Below are positions 39,342 through 50,883 of a stretch of DNA of 64,000 bases, in pieces; the first letter of the stretch is position 1, and each line of letters opens with the position of its first letter. Source of the DNA: Rhizodiscina lignyota (lineage: Eukaryota); the NCBI GenBank assembly GCA_010015805.1, contig ML978125.1, positions 496,001 through 560,000 of the forward strand, read 5' to 3'. Under the pieces are notes generated by a model. The model saw only the letters and a list, made by a program, of their open reading frames with translations, was not told the origin of the DNA and did not search any database. The position numbers were made by a program, and so were the translations under genes.

Positions 39342-40719
39342 ATGTCGGCGTCCCTGATGTGGATTCAATACGATTACCAAAACCGCCCCATCAACGGATT
39401 GACGGGCCCCCCATGGACGCGGCGTCCGCACAAGAAGTCTCGAGGAGGGTGCCAAGAATGCAAGAGGCGGCGAATCAAAGTAGGTTAATCCCACTATTCA
39501 CAAGATTTCGATCTAATTCGAACAACAGTGTGACGAGGAACGTCCCCAATGCGGACAGTGCATGGCGAGCTCTGCGGCATGCTGCTACAGCAAATCCACC
39601 CGAAATGGCCGTATCGACCACCACGCCGACTTCGATGACATTAGCCGATCCGCCAGCCCGTTAATATTGGAAGGCAAGGTTTCTGAAGTTGATGTCTTTG
39701 AGGCGGCCATCGACTCGATTGCAGATATGCAAGGCTGGCCGAAGATAGCGTCAAACCGGACCTACGTTGAGCTTCTTTCACACTTCCGTAATCAGACCGT
39801 GACAACGATTAGCTCACCTACTGGCCAGGAGATTATTCTTTCGTATGTCACTCGGTTTTTCGCTCTCTGCCCGGTTCTCCTGCATCCTGTCCTGGCATTG
39901 ACCTCGGCCCATCTCACCTCTGTTGGAGCTCAATCCCATCATCTCCAAGTAACCTCGCTATACCACACTCAACTGGCCTTAAACCTCTACAACTTCAAGC
40001 TCCATAGGATGCGAGCGCGTCAGGAGAGGGATGCAGTGATAGCACCTTGTCTTATCCTCACAGCACTGTTCTTCACCAGTGGGGAGCCCTGGATATTTCC
40101 GGATCCAGAGTCTCCTAACAAGCTAGCCTGGCCAACATTGCTCTCTGGCTTATGGTTACTGTTCCAATCTCCGGAGTTCCAACCTAATGAGAGCTCTTGG
40201 TTGCCTTTCATCCGCGAATCTCAAATAATCGTTGCTACTGCACCAACAAGAGCGGGGCCTGGGGAGTGTCTCGTTAGGTTGCTGCATGATATCGTGACTG
40301 AGAGTCATAACCATTTGGGCGATGAGTTTCTTGAGGGCGAGCGCACGAATTCATACCTGCCGGCCTTGCACGCGTTAGCTCCTGTTCTCAAAGCACATTT
40401 CGATCCGGACACCAAAACATTGGGCGGCCCATGCGTGGACGTCGCCGACTTTGTCTCACTCATGCGATTTCCGTCGCATCTATGCAGTGAATTTATCAAA
40501 CGTCTCTCAGAACATGACAATACTGCGCTACTACTCGTCGGCTTTTGGTTCGCGCTGGTGGCTCAACTTCAGCATTGTCAGTGGTGGTGCTTGCGGCGGG
40601 CTCTTACTGAAGGCAGAGCTATTTATTCATGCTTAAGCAAGGCACCGCCCATCAATTGGAAGTTTGATCAGGCTCTTCTCGTCCTTTCAAGTGTATTCGC
40701 AGACACACCTTCCATCTGA
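39342..40719 (+). CDS. Zn(II)2Cys6 transcription factor (Upc2-like N-terminus; intron 39480-39528)
   Basis: Splicing yields RRPHKKSRGGCQECKRRRIK|CDEERPQCGQCMASSAACCY, followed by a fungal TF domain (LLHPVLALTSAHL...ALLLVGFW...WW). Confidence 0.88.
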
Positions 40720-42334
40720 TAATAAAATACACAAACTTTCAGACTTCCATACCTGCCGTAAGCGGCTTTCTTATCTATAAGACACTGGTCATACTCGATG
40801 CTGCTGTTTGACCAGATTTAGCTCACTCGTGAATGCACTGGCATCTACTGGTTCACTACCGCAGAAGCGTTGCTATTTGCGCGTCTAGCCGTATAGCTTA
40901 TGGCTAAAGGCTCTTCATCGTCGTTCATGAAGTCTCCGTTGACTTGAGCCTAGTGTAAGATACATCATACGTGGTATCACTCTTCTACGACGACACGACC
41001 ATACTCGAAACCAGAACGAGTTTTGCAAATACCATTCTTCCGCCGGCCGCACACACGTTTGAAGTATCCATCAGGTAAACGGGTAGCCTTATTCTATTCC
41101 AAATCGCATAGCATTACAACCTTCCTGACTCTGTAGTCAGTTTTTCTTCCGAACTGGGATGCGAAGCTTTGCAGGATGGATTATATATACTGGGGTACTT
41201 CTTCCAATCCCGTACGTATGATGCTGAGATCTGACTTAATCCTCCTACCTGCCATTCTTCCAAGCTGTCACGCAAGATATCTGAAACTCAGTCATATTTA
41301 CGCTTATCCCTCTTCTGCTGTCGTATGCGTGGTGCTGAGACTTTACTTGATCCCGCACTTACCCTTCTTCCGCGCCAGCAAGCAAGCCCTTCGACGGTTA
41401 ACTATATTCTTGGATATCCTTCGTCCGGTCCCATATACACAAAATTCGCAATTTCCTTCATTCCGTAGCTGTCATTTTTCCCAGCTGGCATACCAGGATC
41501 GAAGCGTCAATCTAATCAAGAGAGGTCCTTCTTCTATTCCCGTAGGCCACGGTAGGAAGCGAGGCTCCGGCCAAAGGGTCAATCATGAAAAACATGGTGA
41601 TTGCTGAGTGTGTTTGTGAAGGATTTTCGCGCCTGCGTTGGTGTCTCTGGAAGAAGAAGGACGGAGAGACAAAGAGCAGAAGAGAGGGAGAGGGCCCTTA
41701 AATACTCTGGTGGAAGCAGAGCAAAACCACATATGCACTCACATATGCGATTATTCCATCTGCTTCCCCCCTCCGATGAATCGCCTCTGAGGGGCTTGTG
41801 CCGCACAGTATTTCGGCCTCGTTTTACTCTCTATTGTCATTCTTCTGTGCTGGGATGCATGGCCTTGAAGGGTTAGTTATACCTGTACATATACCTCCTC
41901 TACTCCCATAACGGCATCTTTAAACTTAGCTTAACTCTAAGCGTGCCCGTCTTTCTGGCAAATGCCCAAGCTATCTGAGCATATACTGGAATCGCTAGTC
42001 CCTCTCTTCTAAGCCAGCGTCGATGATGTCAAAACGCATGGAGATTCCACGAGCGTGCTTCTTCTGACGCAAGGCGCATGACGCCGGAGGTTGGATTAGG
42101 GATCCAATTCACCCACTTCGAATGATAGCTTACGTGGAGTGAATGCAGTATAGTCAGCAAAGAGAGCACTGTTTCAGCGACGATTCACGATTCACGGCAC
42201 ATCCAAGTGAACAGGAGGAGAAAGTCGCTCAACTCATTGGGTATCTCTGTCAAACCCCTCCATCCCGTCCCATAACGCCACGCAATGCAATGTCGAAAGT
42301 CAATGCTGCAAGTCAATGTCGAAAACCGCAGAAC

Positions 42335-42948
42335 CTACTCTGCAGCCGGTCCTCCCTTCCGTCCACGGCCACGGCGACGAGGCGCCGGCCGTCCACCTCT
42401 CGTCGGTGGCCCTGCTCCCGGTCGTGGCGGCAGCGGGTGCTTATTCTGCATGTCTTTAGCTATTTGACAAAGCTGATGCGAAGAGGTAGATTCACGCGAC
42501 GCGCAGGCGGCTCCTTCTTTGGTCGCTTGCTCAGGACCGCCACCAAGTCATCCTCGTCATCGTCCTCGAGGCCCTTGAGCTGCTCCGCACGTGGAGGTGG
42601 AGCGCCGGCATGGTGCCTGCGACCATGCGGGTCGAACTTATGGAGTCGGGATGGCGGCGGTGGCATGTCTTCGTACCGCATTGGCGGCTTGATCTGCGCG
42701 GCTTCAGTGAGGTACCGGTTTGCTTCCTTCGCCGAGAACGGGGTCCTCTCTCCCTCCTTGGGGTGCGGGCGGTCGGGGCAGTCGTCGCCGAAGTGGGTGT
42801 TCGCACCGCAGGCGTAGCAGCTGACGATCATCCTGTCGACCTTTCTGATCTCTTCCTTCCACGGAAGGAAAGAGCGGAAGCGAAAGTAGCATTCTGGTTC
42901 GGCGTGGCCGACATCATCGCAGGTGCTGCAGCGTGTGGAAGAGGACAT
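42335..42948 (-). CDS. Small two-zinc-knuckle protein resembling Air1/Air2 ZnK4-ZnK5 (exons 42948-42496, 42445-42335)
   Basis: Two CX2CX4HX4C knuckles (CSTCDDVGHAEPEC, CYACGANTHFGDDC). A 50-nt intron adds a Pro/Arg/Gly-rich tail. Confidence 0.7.
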
Positions 42949-43240
42949 TTTGAGAGCGTGATTTTTGGTTGTATGTTTCTCAAAATGTGAGGTTTGTGTG
43001 TTGTTTGTTGTTGAAAAATCCCAGAGGAAAGAGGATATAACATGAAAGAGGTGCACGTGCAACTTAGTAACTAATTACTAAGCTGAGGCTGGCACATTTG
43101 GACAACCCCTGCTAGCGCACGGAAATCTTGGCATGCAAGCGTGGGAATTTTTTAGTGGGTCGTCGTTTTGCTCCCACCGACTTCCATTCCATGCGTCGTT
43201 CAAAGGCCCAGTGAGCGGTTTCTTTGACGATTCGGTCACC

Positions 43241-44569
43241 ATGGCGTTTGCAAGAGAACACGTTCGCCGGATTAAGCGTGAGAAAAAGGAGGCCGAGAAG
43301 CGGGAGAAAAAGGAGGCCGAGAAGCGCAAGGAGCAGAAAGATGAGAAAGCGGCAGCGAAGGAGCTTCGCAAGCGAAAACGCGCCGAAGAGCCAGACGAAG
43401 AAATCGAAATCGACGTTAACCTCCCTGAGCCTCCGTCACGAAAAGCCCTCCGCAAAGCGAAGAAGCAGAAGACTGACGTGCCCGAGTCTGACACTAAATC
43501 AGCGAAAACGAAGCGCTCGAAAGACTCCAATGATGAATCTCAAGACCCCTCCGAAGCCCAGAACAATGCCTCAAAAGAGCGCGGCAAGTATGGCATTTGG
43601 ATCGGCAATCTTCCTTGGACGTGCGATTACCTTACGCTCAAATCCTTCTTCATCGTGAACACCAATGGAAGCATCAAGGACAAGCACATCACAAGGATGT
43701 ATATGCCGAGACCCGCGGACAAGCCGGACCACTTTAACAAAGGCTTTGCATACGTAGATTTCTCGAAGGAGGAGCATGTGGAAGCAGCGCTTGCGTTGAG
43801 CGAGAAGCAGATGGGCACCAGGCCTGTGTTGATCAAGAATTCGAAAAATTTCGAAGGTCGGCCAAGTAAAGAGGAGAAGAAGGATGGGCAGGCGAATGGA
43901 GCGACACAAACAGTTGGTGAGAAGCCACCGAACGAGCGTATCTTTGTCGGAAATTTGGGGTACGAGGTCACAAAGGATGAGCTGAGAGAACACTTCGCTC
44001 AGTGTGGAGAAGTGTCGGATGTGTTTATGGCCACTTTCGAGGATACCGGCAAGTGCAAAGGTTTTGCTTGGGTCACATTTGCGGATGTCGAGAGTGCAAA
44101 GGCTGCTGTCAGAGGGTGGATACACAAATCACAGGAAGACAGTGGCAGTGAGGAAGAGCCCGAGGAAGATGCAGAGGAAGAGAAGAAGGGCAAGAAAAAG
44201 GCAAAGAAGCCACGCAAATGGTTCGTCAACAAGATGCATGGTCGTGTATTACGTTGCGAATTTGCCGAAGACGCCTCGACAAGATATCAGAAGCGGTTTG
44301 GCAAAGGAGCTAAAAGTCGACAAGCAAACGCGGGTGATGATGTAGAAGGAGCAGCTGATGGCACTCTTGAGAATGGGGAGGCCGCTCAAGAAGTCTCCAA
44401 TGGATCGAGTGCACTAAAAGGGCCATCGAACTTCTCGAGAGACCCGAAGCAGAGGGAATGGAAGCGTGATCCCCGTACCATTAAGCCGGGGGCTGCTCAC
44501 GCGAACGCACAGCGTGCTTCAGGAGCTATGGTGGCAGCGCAAGGGACGAAGATCGTCTTTGATGACTGA
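43241..44569 (+). CDS. NOP13: Nucleolar two-RRM protein, Nop13/Rnp24-like
   Basis: Motifs EIEIDVNLPEPPSRKALRK, GIWIGNLPW, NKGFAYVDF, IFVGNLGY, TFEDTGKCKGFAWVTF and a C-terminal GTKIVFD. Confidence 0.85.
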   Translation: MAFAREHVRRIKREKKEAEKREKKEAEKRKEQKDEKAAAKELRKRKRAEEPDEEIEIDVNLPEPPSRKALRKAKKQKTDVPESDTKSAKTKRSKDSNDESQDPSEAQNNASKERGKYGIWIGNLPWTCDYLTLKSFFIVNTNGSIKDKHITRMYMPRPADKPDHFNKGFAYVDFSKEEHVEAALALSEKQMGTRPVLIKNSKNFEGRPSKEEKKDGQANGATQTVGEKPPNERIFVGNLGYEVTKDELREHFAQCGEVSDVFMATFEDTGKCKGFAWVTFADVESAKAAVRGWIHKSQEDSGSEEEPEEDAEEEKKGKKKAKKPRKWFVNKMHGRVLRCEFAEDASTRYQKRFGKGAKSRQANAGDDVEGAADGTLENGEAAQEVSNGSSALKGPSNFSRDPKQREWKRDPRTIKPGAAHANAQRASGAMVAAQGTKIVFDD

Positions 44570-46305
44570 GAACGGGAGTGTTTCTTGTTATTCATGTCGT
44601 CTACGCTGAATTGGTAGCTATGACGGCATACGGGAATGGAGTCAACTATCATGATAGCAATGCGTCTCATAACACAAATAAGAAAGCCGCCAGGGCCTCC
44701 TTTCTACCCTTGATATGGTACCTAGCTCGGGCGATAAAGTAGCTGCGTGCGATGAAGTCGAAAGCGTGTAGTGCGGATGATTGTTCGTCTTCAGCACATG
44801 CGAGAGCATCCGTGAAAGCTTGATTCAATCTGCTTAGGACGGCTTTTGTTGAAAATGCACAACTTCAACAGGCGCAGTCTGTATCAGTTGAAGAGGACAT
44901 GCCTCGTAGAAACTCGGTAGCCATAGCTGAACCTTTTCTTCATTCTCGAGCTTCAGCAGCGACGTTGGGACAGCTGATGGTTAACAGCTCTCCCGAGAAC
45001 CCTGCGGCCGGGTTTGTACCGTTGGGCCAATAACGCAGTTCCCTGATAAACGTCGAGAACGTCAGATGGCCGACGAGGATGATGCGAGCCTCCTGCATCG
45101 CTTGATATTGCGCGACTATAAGCAGTAGGATAATTGACTCCGCAAACGATGTAAAAGGAGAGGCTGGTGGTGATGGAGATAAGCATTTACCGCATGCGTC
45201 TACTTCGTATAGGAGTCGCCAAGAAAGGGCTGGCGATGGGCGTGGGAGCCCCTATCAAATCGCACGCGATCTGCTGCTGTAGCTGTGTAATCGAAACATG
45301 CAAACGGGTACAAGACCCTGCTCGCCAAACTTCCCAAACTCCCGGCGACGCACTCAGCCGAACCTTTCATCTTGCGGCTCCAGCTGATCGCCGGACCCAG
45401 AGTGCTGGTCGCTGATCTTCCACGGCGTCGAGACATACTCGCACTGCATGCAGAAGGTCACAGAGGTGCATTGATCGCCTCTTTCGAGCACGACACGGAG
45501 TGTGCAAGACGATTCTAACGATGCAGTGAGCGCGGTGTGCCTATCGATAGGGCCTGCTAAAGCCCCTGCGCGCGCTGCTAAGATTAGCTCGAGAGACGAT
45601 CCGAATGGCGGAAAGAAGGGTCTCGGCAGGACCGCCTAGTCAATCAAGATGCTACCGCTCCCTGTCTCCCAACACGCGTGCAATCTGATTATATATGTGT
45701 CTTACCAAACAAACATTATGCGCATAGCAGCTGAGTCGGTCGGCGCAGAGGAAGCCTGCTCAAGCATTCCGCTGAGCGGGCAAGCGAGCGTGCCTGCCAG
45801 AGAGGCGACGCCGGAAGCAGATTAGTCAGGTGAAATGTTATACTCGTCCCCGGTCGCTGCCAAGGCGAGCGTCTGAGGCAGCACTCGCCTTTCCGCGTCT
45901 AGAATTGGGCGGGAGGCGTCGCTGCGCTTCTGCGCCCACCCAATCAAGCCCGCCCACCACGTTAGATTTGCAGCGAAGATCTGTGCAAAGCCTCCCTACC
46001 CATCAGCCCCAAAAGTCCCACCGACTCCGCCGCGCCGTGGAACTATCAGGGGCGTACGGGTGCGCTGCGCTCAGACTTAGAAATCTATCGTGTCGTGCTC
46101 CCTTTTCCTGTTCCTCAAAACCCACCCGCGGGACCACCTCTCCGTCACTCTCTCCCCCCAAATCTTTTCGTCACACTCCTTCGTTGCATTAATACAGAGT
46201 GTGGGACAGCCAACCCTCCGGCTTACCTCACTCCCTTTTCCGCCTTCGCCGAACCTATAAACCTTTGTCCTCCTCCACTAATTTGACCTGCACACAACAA
46301 CCACA

Positions 46306-47739
46306 ATGTCCGTTTTCCGGTCGCGAGCAGCCCAGCTCGCGGGTACCTTTGGATGCGTCTTAGTTCTTTTCTTTGTCTTCGGCCTTCCTTCCCCTCAGAC
46401 AGCCACGCAGTGGAGCGAGCAGTTAAGCGCGAGACTCTCGCTCTCAAAGTCTGAGCTGGAGGAGATACCGAAGCACCTGCGCGATGTCTACAACGAGACC
46501 CTCGGAGTAAGTTACGAAAGACAGAAACCCATGTTTTGGCGTAAGTGTGATGCTAACATAGAAAAGTTCGAGAAAATCTTCGTAATCAACTTGCCTTCGC
46601 GAACCGACTACCACGATGCGCTTACTCTTGCCGCGGCGGGAACTGGCCTCAAGCTGGACTGGATCGATGCTGTTAAGGGCGAAGATGTCGATGAGAGGGT
46701 TCTCCCGCCAGGAGGTATCCAAACGAATTTGGTTGCCGGCAAGCGAGGCTGCTGGAGAAGCCATTTGGATGCTCTGACAAGGTGAGCGAAAAATGACATC
46801 CCTACGCTCTTTTCCCATCAAAGTGGAAGGTGTGCTCTTAAAGTCAGTGGCTAACATTCTCCAAACAGGATGGTCGAGGAGAATATCCAGTCCGCACTGA
46901 TCATCGAAGGCGACGCCGACTGGGACGTCCGCATCAAGTCCGAGATGTACAACTTCGCGCAAGCATCGAACATGCTTCTCCAACCGCTCGCCAGCTCCTC
47001 CGACTACGCCCCAGAGTTCGCCGACGCCACGTACGCAAACCCATCCAAATCCGCCGACGGCGACGAAATCGACTTCCACAACCCGCCCATGACCAAGGCC
47101 CCCACGGGCTCGCCCTACGGCGACGGCTGGGACCTCTTCTGGATCGGCCACTGCGGCACCATGTTCCCCACTCGCGAAGATACGCCCGACACGCCGCGCG
47201 GACGTGTCGTCCAGACCGACGACCCCACCGTGCCCGAGTACCGCCACTTCACGTACTACTTCGAGAAGGAGAAGACGGTCAAGACCAACTACGCCAACCA
47301 CACGCGCTTCTACTTCCATACGCGGCAGAACGTGTGCACGATCGCCTACGCTATCAGCCAGGAGGGCGCGCGCAAGCTGCTGTACGAGCTGGGCCTGCAC
47401 AAGATGAACGACCCGCAGGATCTCATGCACAGGCAGTTCTGCGACGGCAGGAAGGGCCGCAGGCACCACACCTGCCTCACCACCATCCCCGAGCTGTTCC
47501 AGAGCCACAGGCCCGCGGGCAGCAAGAGCGGCTTCAGCGACATTGATGAGAACACGCAGAAGAGCCAGTCGATTAACGAGCGCGCGTGGACGAGTAATAT
47601 TCGGTGGAGCGTGCGGATGAACATGCTGAAGCTGGTGGAGAACGAGACGGACTTTGACGACCAGTATCCGGATTCGAAGAAGAAGAAGGATGACAAGAAG
47701 GAAGGCGAGAAGAAGGAGATGAAGGAGAAGAAAGATTGA
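46306..47739 (+). CDS. Glycosyltransferase family 25 (type II membrane protein; introns 46507-46566, ~46782-46869)
   Basis: N-terminal TM anchor; motifs NETLG|FEKIFVINLPSRTD, GCWRSHL, SALIIEGDADWD, SPYGDGWDLFWIGHCG, CTIAYAISQEGARKLL. Confidence 0.88.
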
Positions 47740-48753
47740 GTCGACGCAGATGATTGAAGATGGATGAAGCTCTCTTTATGATTCGTTGGGCACGGAGGAG
47801 TATGAAGGACGGCGGATGGACTGGCGCCTTCTTCTACTTTGCCAGCCCACCGCGTTCGAGACGATTGACGCTTGGGGAATGTGTTTCTCGATACCTACGT
47901 TTTTTCCGCCTTCTCCGTCGGTCACTTTTACCTCTTCCGCGAACGACGGGAAGCCCTTTTTTCTTCTTCGACCTTTCTTTCCGATGAATATCGGGCGGTC
48001 TAGGGCGGCGCTTTGGGTGTTCACGGCTATACCTTGCAGTTTCTCAAGGAACCGGTTTCTCATTGTATATAGCATCCATTAGATGTGCATAGGGGAGTAG
48101 GAAAGGGAAATAAGACATGATGCAAAAGCGACTGCACTTCTGAATGGGCGACGAGTCGTTCAAGTAAAGTTTTTTAACCCCTCACAAACCGTTAACTTGT
48201 TGAATTGTGGAGGTTCGCCAAAACCCAACGGCCGCGGGGAGCCTACTGCGTAATGCTCATGAACTGCGTTGTTGCGGATATTCAATGACGAGGCCAATTT
48301 CGACGCTCAGAGCAATCAGTCGTAATACTGGCACATTGCGTACAACGGGTTGTTTTAAGCTCAATATGCGGTTAACGCCATACTACACACGGAAACATGG
48401 TCTATTGACCTCACATGTCGCTGTGCGATGCGGGGGAAGGCGGTCATCATAGACCCCTCTACAGTAGACGCAAAAGATGGGAACTGCTCATCAGGTATCA
48501 ATTTTGTGAAAGCCCAAGGTTAAACTAAGACACTGGAGCTGGAATTGATACAGTACTCCGTAAGAGGGCATATGATTTCGTTCAGAGACATAGGAAATGG
48601 TATCCATTCGCCAGGAGCAACGCCATCATGAACCAAAACCATAGTGCCATATTCAGCGTCCATTCATACTAACCAACCCTTTGCAGCCGCCGGAGCAATA
48701 TGCTAGGGCGCAGCAACACAATCATTCCCCTCCCCTCAACCTCACGCCCCGGA

Positions 48754-49958
48754 TTACGCGACAGCCGCATGGGCACTCATCCAGGCGGCAAACGCAGTCG
48801 GATTCCTCGTCTGAACGAAGACTGAGCCGGGACCTAGTCGCATATTAGCCGCCATAACTAAACGTTAGAAGGTAGGGTAAGCACATACCTGTGAACTTGC
48901 ACACCAATCCTTCACCCGAAGATATGCCAGAGATGAGGCCGCCGCTGGCGACGCGCTCGAGGACGTACTTGCAGTTCCATGCAACAAGATGGCCGTTGTC
49001 TACGAGGTATTTCTCACCTTCATGGAGCTGTACCATTCAATATGCGTCAGTTTTGTTCGGCCTGAAACTTCACGTCAATGGGAGCAAGAGCAGAACTCAC
49101 ATCTTTCCTTACGATCGCCCCGAAACTGGTGATCCACAGCAATCCCACTCCGCTGATCTTGTAGACGAAGAATCCCTCGCCGGAGAACATGGCCTTTGCG
49201 AAGCCTTGGTTCTTGTACTCCTTCACGACGCCCTGTGTGCATGCGAGGAACGCGTCCTTGCCCACGTTCCATGCCTCAGAGCCTGTCAGCCTGATGTTTG
49301 TGATGTCACCGAGTGCGGGAGGGGCAAGGAGGAGTTCGCCAGGGCCGGTGTAGGTGGAGGTCGCGAGCTCGCCGCCTGCGATGAACTTCTTCATGGAGAA
49401 TTTGATTGCACCTTTGAGGGTGATGGTAGGGGACATGGCAATCATGACACCTGCATAAGGTCAGCATCCTATTCTTCGTTGACCGCATCTCAATGATGCA
49501 ACCTCATGACTCTTTAGCCTACGAGGTCACGCTGGGAACTAACCAGGCTTCGCAGTCAGTGGACATCCCACCGCCAACTGTATTGTCAGGATGGTATTGC
49601 TGTCCCTGTGTGATACTCTGTAGCTTCCGCCATTGAATGTGCCCACATCGTCCTGTGTCGCGTGTGCGCCTACAAAGTGCTGTGCCGAGGGAGCACCGCC
49701 TGGCATAGAAGCGGCGATACTCGTGTTCAACGGTTGCGAAAGTGGAGGTTGGCTCATGGCCCTATCTTCAACGGCTTGGGTCGGAGGAGGAGCAAACTGT
49801 TGCTGGGTCGGAGGAGGTGCGAACTGAGGAGGTTGCGCGGCGGCGCCATTTGAAGGCGGTGGAGGATAGTAGTCTTGCTTCTGCTCTGGTTCTGCTGGCT
49901 CCATACTATCAGCTTTCGCAGGCTCTTTGCCTTTGCTCCTGCTCAGGAAGGACGGCAT
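48754..49958 (-). CDS. AIM24: AIM24-family protein with a Pro/Gln-rich N-terminus (4 exons)
   Basis: Motifs [75 protein letters not shown]. Confidence 0.85.
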
Positions 49959-50883
49959 GGTGATGAATATCTATTGCAAGGCAGAGGAGCCAAGAGAGCG
50001 CAAAGTCGCGCAGCAAGAGAGGTGAAGGGAGTGGAGAGTATATAGAGAGCCAAGACAAAACAACAGCTTACCTTGCGGGTATCCCGACTTCTCCGGAGGC
50101 GCTGGAATTTCTGGTCAGCGGGCGGAAACTTGGCGCGCTTCATATGGCGCGAAGGCAGAGCTGATCAGGTGTCGCGAGGGCTTACGAGGGTAGAATTGAC
50201 CGCCAGGCGGAGGTGGGTAATCGGACATTCTGGCGTGATTGGACAAGTACTTTGTGCAAGGTAGCTGGCTCTAGATGTAGCTGGAGATGAAACGTATGCC
50301 CCGTCGCACAGATATTGCGGGCGTGAGGTGCGTTGCTGCAGTCGAGGTAATTGCTAAGTTAAGAGAATTTGGCGATGCGGCACCGTCAGCCCTGCGCCGA
50401 GCTTACTTAGCAGTCGCCGGATTTTGAATAGTCGCCCCAAGATAAACGGAGTGAGGAATTGCTGGGCGCGTTAGATGAAACGAAGGAGACAGAAAAGGTC
50501 CTTGGAGGAGCAGATCTCAGCAGTTGCGGTGCTTTTGTATATTGTAGATGGGAGCACAGCTGCAGGCATGCCGCCCCTCATTGGCGGGGCTCGGACGCCT
50601 GCTCTTCCCTAGGCGCCGGCTATTAATAGCTGACGAGTGCCAAGCTACCACCAGCGTTCCTAGCGCTGGAGCTGGAACTGGGGCTCACGTCTTCGGATAG
50701 AAGTCGTCTCATGGTAAATGTACGTTATAGTGCTAGAGTGTCATCAGAAGTCTCCTTTGAATTGCTTTCATGGTGTTGTAGTTCTACATTGAGATGTTCG
50801 CCACCCAATGGCCTCCCTCCACGCACACCCTTCCGCTGACAATTGTAACTCCTCCGCTCCGCTGTACCCAGGCTCTGAAGCCT

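Noticed and set aside
40740..41900. Possible gene or pseudogene between the Zn2Cys6 and zinc-knuckle genes (some splice-like signals on the minus strand; 143-aa ORF on the plus strand)
   Set aside because: No continuous frame or recognisable motif could be assembled.
44600..46300. Short ORFs in the 1.7-kb region upstream of GT25, and similarly at 1-600 and 53450-54900
   Set aside because: No recognisable domains or convincing splice structure; treated as promoter/UTR sequence.
46444..47508. Long antisense ORFs (354 aa here; also 7577-8329, 2609-3343, 30508-31113, 42143-42817)
   Set aside because: These are shadows of codon-biased real genes on the opposite strand, with no independent motifs.
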